Position numbers and translations under genes: made by a program. Below the pieces are notes generated by a model. The model saw nothing but the letters and a program-made list of their open reading frames with translations. It searched no databases and had not been told where the DNA came from. This document shows positions 1 to 11,714 of a stretch of 64,000 nucleotides of DNA, in pieces (within the stretch, counting starts at the first letter, position 1; the number at the start of each line of letters is the position of its first letter). The stretch is from Nemertoderma westbladi (taxonomy: Eukaryota > Animalia > Xenacoelomorpha): assembly GCA_032718475.1 (NCBI GenBank), contig JAUCBJ010007671.1:58911-122910 (forward strand), in the 5' to 3' direction.

Positions 1-6
1 GAGCTG

Positions 7-3000
7 TTGAACTTAGCGAACGCTATTTCGAACGCATTGGACATCTTGAGGACGGTGAATCTACCTCATCATGGTGATCACGCCGAAGTTTTGAAAAGCG
101 TAATTAGACGTTTAAACATGCGTTATCGACAGAAATGGCGCAAATTAGAGAATAAGTTGGAGGGCCAAGGTAAGGTGTTGACACTTCAGCATATTCATGA
201 CATGATAGCCACAGACGCAGTAGCAGAGATGAAATCAAACTTCTCAGAGGAGAATATGAGAGAGTCTAAACCTGTTACCGGTAAGTCTATGGTAAGTTTT
301 GACGATGACAGGACCACTGTGACATTTAACTCAGTAGACAGATATAATTCGAGTACCCCAGCCTTTAGATCAGACTCGCGAGTATGGTCAGGTGAGCGGT
401 TAGATAGACCTAGGTTAAAGCAACAGGAGTTGCCGGATGGATTTGTAGGTTGCCAATACTGTTTACTAAAGGAGGTAAGATCTGACGACCATAAGTTAGA
501 TAGTTGCAGACGGTTCAAAGAATTAAATTCGGAACAGAGAAGAGTTCAAGTGCGGACGTTGGACACCTGTTGGGCATGTCTTACGCCAGGCCATGTACGG
601 CGGCAGTGCCCAATCAGCAAGGACGGATGCATGGAATGCGGCAGACTACATCACAAGTTGCTACATGCGGATTTCCACACCCCGACGGACCGTTACTTAC
701 AGCGAAATCCTCACAGGAAGGGGAGCAAAGAACCCGTATCGATAAAGAGGAATACGTACACCGGCATCCAGGACGATGGTTACCAACCAGGTTCGTCGGA
801 TGAGGATGGCGAGTCGAGCGCGAGAGAAGTGACCTGCCAAGGTTTCACCGCGGATAGTTCATCGACCAGCGCGCGGACGTATTTATCATCGGCCACGTCG
901 GAAATATTTAGCGTGATTCCGGTGAAACTTACTGGCGATAAGGGATCGAAGCGGATATATGTGATGTTGGACACTGCGTCCACATTATCGTATATCGACG
1001 AGGAAGTAGCGAGAGCCGTTTCTAGCTTCCAGGACGCCGAGGAGATCCAAATAGAGTTGAAGTCTATGCATGGGGTAGGAGACCTCAAGGGACACAGAAT
1101 TTCGGTAGAACTAGATTCCCTAATTCCGAGAGACCAACATACTCGACAAGAACGGAAAGCTTTGCCATTGGACGGATTTAAGTGTCTAACTATGAAGGGA
1201 TTCGGCAGGCAGTTAGGTAAGGTGCCGCCGATGAGTCCCATAGCACAGGAGTATTTTGACAAGCTCAGGATACCCAGACATCAGGTAGGTTATAGGAATG
1301 TTTCTATGTTGATTGGTGCAGAACAGCTGATCGCACACCAAATATGGGAAACGAGACCAGCTGAGCCGCATGTCAATGGACCGCATGCCCATAGGACTAT
1401 ACTAGGTTGGTATACACGAGTACCCATGTCTTATGAGTTTACAGGTGGCGACAAGCCAATGGACAGATACGACGAATTACAGCCTATAACTCAACCACCG
1501 TTAGTAGAACCACCAGACATAGACGAGTTTAGGAGAACCTGTATTGACCACTATAGTGACTTTAGCGAGTCAGACGAGGAGTTGATTCCCGATAATGTTA
1601 GGTTGTCGGAACCACTTCACAACGACCGGACAGATAGTGAACCCGAGGACTACTGTTATCAGACCCGTGGGTCTGGTTCAGCGGCCCACGCTACCTATTT
1701 GAGTAACGTTTTGACTTATACCAGTATAGTGGAGGGTCAAGTGGCTAAATATCGAGACCTAGACATTTTCCAATACAGTGAGGAGGAACTGCAGAAGGAA
1801 TTGATACGCCAGGACCTCGAGACAGGAGCCAGAACCGTCGAATGGCTGGATAGGGACGCAATGGAACCCGGTGGATATGACCTAGCCATGTCTACTGATG
1901 AGAAACGGTCGCTGGAGATGATGGAAGATACCATACGTCTGCTACCGACTGGACATTTTGAAGTTGGAATGTTGTGGCGTCGACAACCACCTAAGTTGGA
2001 AAACAACTACAACTTAGCCTTGAAAAGATTAAATGGAGTAAGGGCTCGGTTGTTGAAGAATCCAGACATTAGGGAGAAGTATTGCGCCCAGATCAACAAC
2101 TATTTTGCCAAGGGATTTTCTGGGAAGGTAGAGGACCCTGACTTAGTGACAGACCAGACTTATTACCTTCCACACCACTATGTGACTCACCCTGACAAGC
2201 CAGACAAAGTCCGAGTAGTCAACGACTGCGCAGCAGTCTATAGAGGTATGTCCCTGAATTCAGAGTTGATGGATGGTCCCAACCTGAATAATTATTTGAT
2301 AGGAATACTGTTGCGTTTTAGACAGCGGCGATTCGCATTTACTTGTGACATCGAGGCGATGTTCCACCAGGTAAGAGCCTGTAAGGCAGACCAGGATAGC
2401 CTTCGATTTCTCTGGTTTGAGAATGAAGACTTATCCGGCCCAGTGGTTACATACCAGATGTACGTTAGGATATTTGGCGCCCGCGATAGTCCAAACGGCA
2501 CGCTGTTTGTTCTAAAGAAAACGGCAACAGCCCAGATTGGTAAGTATCCAGTAGAAGTGATCGAGTCCATCTTGAGAAACTTCTACATGGACGACGGATT
2601 GGTGTCCAAGGACACGGCGGAACAAGCCATAGAAGTGGCTCACGGCCTGCAAGAGTGCTTGGCTACAGGGGGATTTCCTCTGACCAAGTTCACTACAAAC
2701 TCGGAGGCCCTATTAGAATCGTTCCCGGTAAAGGATCGCGGGAGCGGAGACATTGAATTGGGGGTAGAACCAATCCCCATGGCGCGAGTACTGGGACTCG
2801 CTTGGAATCCGAACTCAGATAAATTCCAGGTAAGAGTTAGATTTGAGCCCAGTAGCCCAGACAAAGTTTTGACAAAGAGAATTTGCTTATCGACATTAAG
2901 TAGACTATTTGACCCGATGAACTTTATCAGTCCGGTTATATTACAGGCACGAGCGTGCATGAGGAAAATTTGGTTGTCCGACATAGAGTGGGACGAACCA

Positions 3001-5580
3001 ATATCTCCTATACATGCAAAGCAGTGGAGAGAGTGGGAGGCCGAGTTGCATCTATTGAAAAATATAGATGTACCCCGTTCCTACTTTCCGAATCAGCTGG
3101 TTTTCCCAGCTGATTTAGAACTGCATCTATTTAGTGACGCAAGTGACACCGGCTTTGGTATGGTAGCCTACCTTCGCCGAGAGGTGAGTCAGGACAAGTT
3201 TGAGACGGCTTTTGTGACTTCTAGATCAAAGACAATGCCGGCCAAATACATGACTGTCCCTCGTGCAGAGTTACAGGCGGCTGTAGTTTCAGTCGAGGTA
3301 AGTAAGCAGATAACTGATGAGTTAGACACGACATTGACCTTATTCTATTGGACGGACGCATCCTTAGTGTTAGTATACATTGCGGCCGACAATATTGCAC
3401 TAAAGACATTTGTGGCAAATAGACGCGCTCAGATCGTTGACTTTTCGACGAAGGAACAATGGAGACATTGTCCGGGAGTGTTGAACCCGGCCGACATAAC
3501 TTCGAGAGGTGCAATGCCGGCGGAATTCTGTCAGGAAGAGTCGCAGGAGTTTTGGTTGCATGGACCTGAATTTCTAACGAGGACACAGGAACATTGGCCA
3601 GAGCGACTAAAGATTGTGACCAATCCGATGCCTGAAGATGCAGAAGTCAAAGTGGAGAAAGTCTCTAAGTCAAAGTATAAAGCCAAACTTAAGTCATTGG
3701 AGCGGCCTGAAAAGTCATTGGAGCGGCCTGAAGAGTCATTGGAGCGGCCTGAAGAGTCATTGGAGCGGCCCGGAGACCTGTCAGACCAACAGACTTACGT
3801 GACTACTAGGTCCGGAAGGGTAAGTTACGACGTAAAACCACCCTTACAGACTAAACCGGAGTCACAATTGGTAAGTGACGGACAGAAAATGACCGACAAA
3901 ATGGATCCTTTGGTTTCCAAACCTGCGGGTTTGGATTCGAAACTTCCATTAATTAGCGGACAACCGTCGCTGGCATTAGAGTCATGCAGTGTTTATGACA
4001 AATTACTAAATTCGTCTGCCTCTTGGCTGACAATTTGTAAAAGAACTGCGTGGTTAAGCCGATACATTTTGTACCTTTGTTTAAAACATTCGGAACATTT
4101 GAGAGAACGAACGAGCACTAATAGTGAGCGAATTCAGAAATTGAAACAACCTCTGACAGAGGATGAGATTGATCAAGCGGAATTAAAGCATTTGAAACAT
4201 TATCAAATGTGTGCCTTACCAAAAGAATTCCATCTATTATCGGCTCAACGACCAGTTTTCTATAAACCCCTTAGAAAATGGAGTCCATTAATCCATAAGG
4301 GTTTAATTTGTCATAGATCGAGAATCCAGACTGTCGACATAAACTCACAGTTTCGGTTCCCAGTGATAATCCCTAGTCACCCAATAGAATTGCAAAGAGC
4401 GATTCTATAGGATATACACAAGAGGTTGCATCACGCGGGAAAGTTACACTGTTTGTCGGCAGCGAGACAGCGATTCATTCTATTGCAGCCAAGCAGGGCA
4501 GTTGGCACTATGTACGACGCCTGTCTGGTTTGCAAGAGGGTGAACGCCAGAGTATTGGAACAGGAGATGGCTGAACTCCCGGAAGCGAGAGTGCAGGCAT
4601 ATGACCCACCCTTTACGAACACAGGGGTGGACTGTTTTGGTCCGATTGAGGCAAAGAGTGGACGGCTGACCCACAAGCGATGAGGTCTGCTACTGACATG
4701 CATGGCTAGTAGAGCCATACACATCGAGCGTGTGGCAGACATGTCGACCAAATCTCTGCTCCTGGCCTTGAAGAGATTTATGGCCAGGAGAGGACTAGTA
4801 AAGGCGTTCTACTCCGATAAGGGTACAAACTTTGTCGGAGGGAATAGCGAGTTGAACGCGGCTCATAGAGCGACACAGAATAAGGAAATTTCTGCAGCAC
4901 TTTTGCCGCAACGAGTAGAATGGAGATTTAATACTCCAGAAAGTCCTTGGAGAGGAGGAAGTTGGGAGCGTTTAGTTCGCTCTGTGAAGCAGGCCATTGC
5001 CAAAACATTGCCTGTAAACAAACAACTTACCGACGACGAACTGGTCACCGCTTTCATCGAAATCGAGCATACACTAAACTCGAGGCCGATAGCTATGTTG
5101 CCAGACAGTGTTGCATTAACGCCGAATCATTTGCTAATGCAGAGTCCAGCATTTCTTGTGCCGGCATCAGAACCCATTAGTGCCGACCTATATAGTCGTA
5201 AAGGCTGGAAAATGACTCAATTTGTGGCGTACACATTCTGGGAATATTGGCGGGAATACTATCTTCCCACCATATCCACCAGAACAAAGTGGTACAAAAC
5301 GGTTCGGAGTCTCCAAAGGGGAGATTACGTATTGATAACCGAGCCGATTGTCAAGAGAAAGTATTGGGAGACTGGAGTGATCTTGCACACACACCCAGAC
5401 GTGCAAAACATAGTGCGCACAGTCACTGTGAAAATTAGGTGCAAGTGTCCGCACCCAAAAAAGTGTAAAACTAATGGTTTACACACCTTGGACCGACCGG
5501 TCCAAGATATTGTGTTATTAGAGGAGACATGTATCGAGACGGGAGATTATAATTTGTCTCCTGCCTCAAAACAGAATTAG
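7..5580 (+). pseudogene. Bel/Pao LTR retrotransposon gag-pol polyprotein (element A), one frame with two in-frame stops
   Basis: ORFs 7..4410, 4426..4683 and 4702..5580 share one frame, split only by TAG 4408-4410 and TGA 4681-4683. Gag Cys/His knuckles (CWACLTPGHVRRQC, CMECGRLHHKLLH), protease VMLDTAS, Bel-type RT (YYLPHH, KVRVVND, FYMDD), RNase H LHLFSDAS, integrase HHCC plus core (GVDCFGP, YSDKGTNF, GGSWERLV). Order PR-RT-RH-IN. 5' end lies outside the window. Confidence 0.95.
3692..3771 (+). repeat. 21-bp in-frame tandem repeat (SLERPEE x~4) in the Bel/Pao pol linker
   Basis: AGTCATTGGAGCGGCCTGAAG occurs about four times and keeps the frame. Confidence 0.9.
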
Positions 5581-6295
5581 TGTTAGACACAACTCACTTC
5601 GTATGCATTCCTCGTATGCAAATACAAGGAAATGCATAGGAGCGGGGTTGTGGTGATTTGCGTTGAGTTTTGTCTGGTGGGTATCAAAACAAAATTTTAT
5701 TTCAAAAAATTTTTGGAAAATTAAAAAAATTTTAAAAATTAGAAAAGTGAACCCAAGACAATTCCAGACGCTGTGTATAGACGCGTTTTAGAATTCGTCT
5801 ATAGATAAACAGTAATTTGAAAAGTCGTGAAGCCTGGAAAATAGCATTTAGAAACCATGGTGACGGCTATATTACGTAGGAGTGTAAATTGAGTTTAGCA
5901 ACTTCCACAGATTGGTGCCAACAGTGCAACTAAGGTGCTAAAGGTTAGCAGCACCAGAGGCGTACATGGACCCCACTCAGTAGTTTGCAGTGATGTGTGA
6001 TATTCGATTATCAAACCTGTGGGTTTGGTATAGTCGAGTATTGTGGCTATAGTCCTTTCTAACTACTGTAGTTTAGTGCGAGTAATGGGAGTAGTTTGGG
6101 CATCAAAAAGTGAGTTGGTCACGGCCAGTTTATCTCCAAAGTTTTTGCGCTATGCATGGGAATAGGTTAGAGGATAGTTAGGAAGAGACGGGATCTAGAG
6201 AGTCGAACCTGAACTGCTGGAAGGCAGGGGGGGGGGGGGGTTCGGGAAGTCTGTCCTTCGACGGCATCTAACTGATTTACCCACCGTGTAATTGG

Positions 6296-6959
6296 ATGAA
6301 CGATGAACCGCTACCTGCCGTCCGAGATCAATTCGACGGGATGCATCTTTACCGGAAGACTCTAGGCGAGGACGAGGCGGCGCCAGGGGGTTTCAATGTA
6401 TACAAGTTGTTCTATGGATGCGGCGGATGCATGAGTGGACAAGACGTGGCGATTCCCGACCGACTAGATGAGCAACATCCAGAACCGATATTAACGCGAT
6501 GTCAAGCTCACCAGTTCCTTAGATATAACGAGGGAGGTTACCCGATGAGCAACCCGATGATCAGTATCGACTTCAGCGGAAAGCGACCTCCGAGACCCAT
6601 TACGCCGACCGTTATGACATTAGATCCGTATACGGAGATTAAACCCTGTTCGACACGGCATAGACACGGCGGCGGCCATTTCGCTATACCGAGCCTATAA
6701 GGACCTAGAGGCGCGGCGCGAAGCGGTACGGGACTCGAGTTCCTGGACCACGTTCACTTCGCTTCACCAGGAGAGGAAGCTCACGCCTGAGTATCCAGAC
6801 GAGATTCGCGCCGTCCATCCGTCTACTAACCATACCCACGATCCGCGATTTGTACGATATTTACCCCAAATTATTTCGGGAAGTTTCGACGAACACCTTA
6901 TTAAGCCCGAATATGTCCAATCCTTTATATATCATCGTCGCTCTGATATATACGTCTAG
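6296..6959 (+). pseudogene. Extra ORF downstream of Bel/Pao pol (env position), one frameshift, unknown product
   Basis: 134-aa ORF 6296..6700 overlaps a second stop-free frame 6618..6959 (AYKDLEARREAVRDSSSWTT...YHRRSDIYV*); coding-like GC content; no recognised domain. Confidence 0.45.
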
Positions 6960-8411
6960 ATTTATTACCCAGCGCACAATTGGCGGCCTAAGGAGACTCG
7001 TTTGGGGTCATTGACCTCTGAACAAGTGGAGGATCAGGACCGCCACGCCCACAGCGACAACAGCCGGAGCTCACAGCTCGCGGCAAGTACCAGAAGGAGG
7101 AGTCCTTGGCAAGCGTCAAGCCAAGGACGAACAGTGCCATTCTACATTTGAAGAAAGAGGAGTTGGCGGAGGCGCCCACAGGGACACGGCAAATGGGACG
7201 AGGCCGAGGGAGGAGCACCAGTCGGGAGATAGTCGGTGCCCAGGGAACGTCGTCGCCGGTTCCGGGAAGTGACGCCTCAAGGACGCCGTCAACAGAGACT
7301 ACAGGGGGTAGACTGGTGTATCTGGAGAAGGGAGCGAGCCCGAGAGACCCAGGAGCTAGCCGATGAGACTATAATATCACGGAGCGACAGACTCTAGACA
7401 TATACATCATCGTCGCTCTGATGTATATCGTAGGTTTTGATCAATCATTCGACTGGACTCATATACACTAGTCGTATCCATATTTTAGAATTTTATTTTC
7501 GAAGGCCAAAAATATTGAAAGTAAATACTTTTACTTTATAGTCCGTTGGAAATATGATTTTGAGCCTATACTATATTTGATTTTGTGTATATGACTTTAT
7601 TTGCTCTAAAGTTTATTGGAAGAGGCAAAGGAAGTGATTGGGGAGACAAACCCGCGGGTTTGGCTTACTCCTTTCACTTACCTGAGCAATCATCAAACCA
7701 AGATGATTTGCGCTTTTATAAGAAATTAAGTAAAGTCCGAAAATGAAAGAAATTATTACGTATTTTATATTTAATTTGATTATCGGCCTTTAATGCAATT
7801 TAGTTAAAAATTTAGCCTCAAATACGTTTATATTTAGTTTATCTTGTTAATGTTGATCGTTAATTTGAGATGGGAAATGGGGGACATTGTCCTAGCCATG
7901 TTCCATTTCAATAGGTAGACCGTCAATTTGTAAATAAATAAAGGAAGTAATATTTTTGTAATTTTAATTTTGTATGTAGTAATCATTATGTAGTACGAAC
8001 GAGAAACAATATTTTGTAAATTTAATTTGTATGTAATAATCATTAAACAGTGAGAGAGATAATATTTGTAAATTTAATTTGTATGCAATTTCATTATGCA
8101 ATATCTATGGCAATATTTGTAAATAGTAGCATCATTATTATAGTATCAAGTTATTTTAGATTATTTGAAAAAAATTTATTTTGTTTTGTATACATCACCT
8201 TATACTCTTCTACAATTGGAGGGAAACATTGTATGATTTCCCTTGGAGCGGTGTTACGGTATATGGCGCTGTATCCACATTATTAGCCATCATACAGTAT
8301 AATATGTTTGTTATTGTGCAGTATAATTATTTAGATAAGGCACAGTGCGGTGACATTTAGATAAGGAAGTTAAAACGCCCATATATTTTGAACTCATCCA
8401 TTTTGTATAGT

Positions 8412-10140
8412 ATGTAGCCCTATCTATGTAATTTTGTATTAGGATATAGGTAGATAGTCCCAGGGTAGCAAGTTCTTGTTGGACCCTGGATACGGGCTTG
8501 CTGTTATTAGCCTCGACATGGCTAGCATAGGAACGCAGTCCTAACCATTCAGCAGCCAGGGACGCGATCCATTACCATATATGGTAATAATTTGCGATTT
8601 TGGGAGCCTGAGGTTCACAATCCGGCTTCCTTATTGGCCCAGCTGTTCCAGGTTGGTCTGATGGTGGGGCGGATTGGGGAACCAATGAGAGGAATATTGC
8701 GTCATCCCTGTTGCATCACCTATAAATTGGCTGTATTTCCGGTATGTGCATCTTAATCTTAATCTCTCAATTTAGTACCAGTGGCAGTATTGTAGTTTGT
8801 TTCTGGTTAATTGTTAAATCTTTCGTCTATCTTTCTGTATTTCTCAATCAATTACTGCAAATTACAACTTTGAATTATGGTTTCTACTTTGATTACTAAT
8901 TCCTATGTGATTTAAGATGTGATAATCCCACGGGATTTCTTTAGACTGTCAGACTGTTTGTGATTTGCATGCGCCGCTACGGTAGCTATTCATCCTGATG
9001 GAGGGCTAAGGTACCGGTAGGCGGTGGGCGCATCGAGGGGTTAGCGACGAAGGGAGTGGAGGATTCAAAGGCGAGCAACGCTGGCGGGGGGTCAATGTTG
9101 CGGTCGGGCAATTTGCATTGTAGCGTGGGGGCAGCTCGCTGGTACAGTAATTAGGGGGCTGATGATCCAGATTTTGTCTCAATCTTGTAGCGTTAGGGGG
9201 CAGGAATTGGGTTAGTTAGGAAGCCTAGATGTACCCGGGAGAGGTCTGCGTGCTTTACAAATTGCGAATTGCATGTATTGCGAATTATTATATTGTGCTG
9301 TGTAATTGCTAATTGCGTGCATTGCGGATTGTACAATTGCGAATCGCGCATTGCGAGCTGTGATTGCTGACGCTGATTGGTGTGTTACTAAAGTGTGCCT
9401 AAGATTACGAATGCTTAGATAGGCGCTCTTTTCCCTTTGATTGATTTCTATCTCTTAGTTTACTGTAAATAATTACTGATTAGGTCAAAGTAATACAGTA
9501 TTTTAGGCTGTTACATATTTGTGACTGTAATTAATTAGTAAAATTAAGAATTAGTACGCAGCATAGCGGAGAGTAGCTAAGGTAATAATTAGAGTACCGT
9601 AAACTATTCACGCTGAGCGGTTATTTGAATTAGCGGGCAATAAGCTAATAGCAGTATTCAGTACGCAAAACACATTAGTAATTTGCTGGCCTAAAGCCAG
9701 CCGCAGACAAGTTTAGTCCCACTATAGGTATTAGCCCTAATAAACACTGTACCACTTTGATTATTTTAAATATTCTCGCATTCACACATTCCGTTAGGGA
9801 ACCCCCAGTATTCGCGATTAGAAAAGACGTAGGCATTGGCGTACTTTAACAGTAAGATTAGGCGTAAGAATATACTCTGAGTGTAAAACCTCTCACACTC
9901 GTTTTAAGTCAGCTTAGGGAGCCGATTCGGGTTTGTTGTTTTGGTTATTCCCGCGTGGCTCATATATTCGAACAGTTAGCTCTCTATCGAGTAATTGGTA
10001 GAGAAAGGAACAAGAAATTAGCAGGAGCCGTAGAAAATTTGTAAAACATATTAGCGGACGGCAGGTTAGCGCCATCTAATGGTAAGTAGCGGTTTTGTCT
10101 TTAGCAGCCCCTCACATTAGCAATAATACGCTCCTGATTG
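8412..10140 (+). mobile_element. Putative LTR / long non-coding leader of a retroelement (boundaries uncertain)
   Basis: Starts TGTAG; CCAAT at ~8682, TATA-like CTATAAAT at ~8720, then ~1.3 kb without ORFs; layout resembles 62259-64000. No partner LTR or PBS identified. Confidence 0.3.
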
Positions 10141-11714
10141 CCCTGTCTAATAAATAGAGCAGTTTTGTGTCTTTATTGGTTAGGCCGGGGTAGTTTGTTT
10201 AACACTAAGTCTTACCTTGGCCACAATAAGGCGGTGATCACTGGAGAAGGATCGAAGTGTAAATGCATTACAGTCTTGTATAGAGCTCCTGTATTTCCTA
10301 CGAAACAGAATATGGTCTATCTGGGACTTGTGACCACTGGGTCCACTATGAGTCCATAGCTTTCCATAGCTTCTTGAACTGGGTTCCAGCCGAAAACAAT
10401 CCATTTCCAGAGATAAAATCCTGAAGATGGACAGAATTTCGGTTAACACTATTGCTATAGACCCAGGGCGATGTAGGTGATTGATGCAGACTTGCATTAA
10501 AGTCTCCCAGGAATGTTAAGAATGCATGCTGATCCACTCCATTGTAGCTGCTTGTAGATTGTGGTAGAAATTTTCCACCTCCTCTACAGGGGCAACACTA
10601 GTTGGAGAGTATCACACAATCAGAACCACCTTAGGAAACTTCTTAGCCAGTCTTCCAGAACATGAGAAGTGGCAACGGATGATGCGGTTAGAGATTTGGT
10701 CTATTTTGTCCAATGCTGCATGTGCAGTTGGATTCATCAATAGACCAATTCCACCATTGCCACTATCATCTGCTGACGTGAGGGCGAGTCGCCAACCGCC
10801 CCCCATGTCCTTAATCAGAACCTCATCAGTCTGTCCAGTCTGCATTAGGTGCTCTTGAACACCCACTGCGCTAAGAGAAAGCTTATCTGCCAAGGCAGTC
10901 AGCTCACCTTGTCGCATTGGGGACCCGAGTGTTAGGGTGTTTACTGAGGCTAGTCTTGTGACTTGCCTCAGATTCACCAATGGCTTTGTTGGTCGGGGTG
11001 GAACATGAGAGTAGCCTCCAACTCCAGAATCCCTCTCCCCATCACAATCTGGCCTTCCTGGTGACCCAGGGTTTGGGCCAGAAATGTCATCAGGAAAGAG
11101 ACTCAAAGAATTGTTGGCTGCTCTCTCTCCAGTAGGGGGTGAGACAGGCAGCCGGTCAGGAGTTAACTGACGCCTGTGAGGCCGATTGTGTCCGGTAATT
11201 CCACTGGCCTCTAGTGGCCGGACCTCCGCATAGCTAATGTATTCCATAGTGGGGGTTGAGGGGTGCTTTTTTGCCAAGTCAGCTCTCGGGGCAAATACCA
11301 CACCCTGGTTTGCCATTCCACAGGGTGGGTGTCGCAATGGAGTCAGATATGAGGCCCATCACCCATATCTACTCTGGCCCACATGACCCACCATTGGCTG
11401 TTGCAGCTCATCTGCTGGGTCATGCCCTGTACCCTTGCTGCCAGGTGCAGGTCGCAGTGAAGTGCTCTCAGAGTGGACATGAGAACACTCTACTCCTGAC
11501 CAGCCATTGGTAGATCACCATCTGCCTGGTCAGGCCATATACCCCTGCAGCCAAGTATATGGGTCCTTAATCCAGGACCAAGGGAGTCCTTATCCCAGAA
11601 CGAAGGGGGTCCTAGTTACAGGACCAGATTTGCCCTAGTAAGAGGGTCTATGCAGCTACAGGTGGCACCTCCTTTATGCTGCATGGAGGTGGCAAGTTTT
11701 CTTGATCAATGACC
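10140..11714 (-). mobile_element. RTE-clade LINE, 5' part with degenerate AP endonuclease
   Basis: Fragments 10612..11337 (LASVNTLTL, VGVQEH, GGIGLLM), 10346..10537 (FLGDFNA) and 10180..10497 (QIDHIL, FSSDHRLI) give the ordered APE motifs; RT absent. Confidence 0.85.

Noticed and set aside
4408-4683. Programmed stop-codon readthrough in Bel/Pao pol
   Set aside because: The stops fall inside the integrase region at likely Trp codons, not at a gag-pol boundary; nonsense mutation is simpler.
195-5454. Many short antisense and alternate-frame ORFs over Bel/Pao pol
   Set aside because: They are shadow ORFs of a long coding frame and have no motifs of their own.
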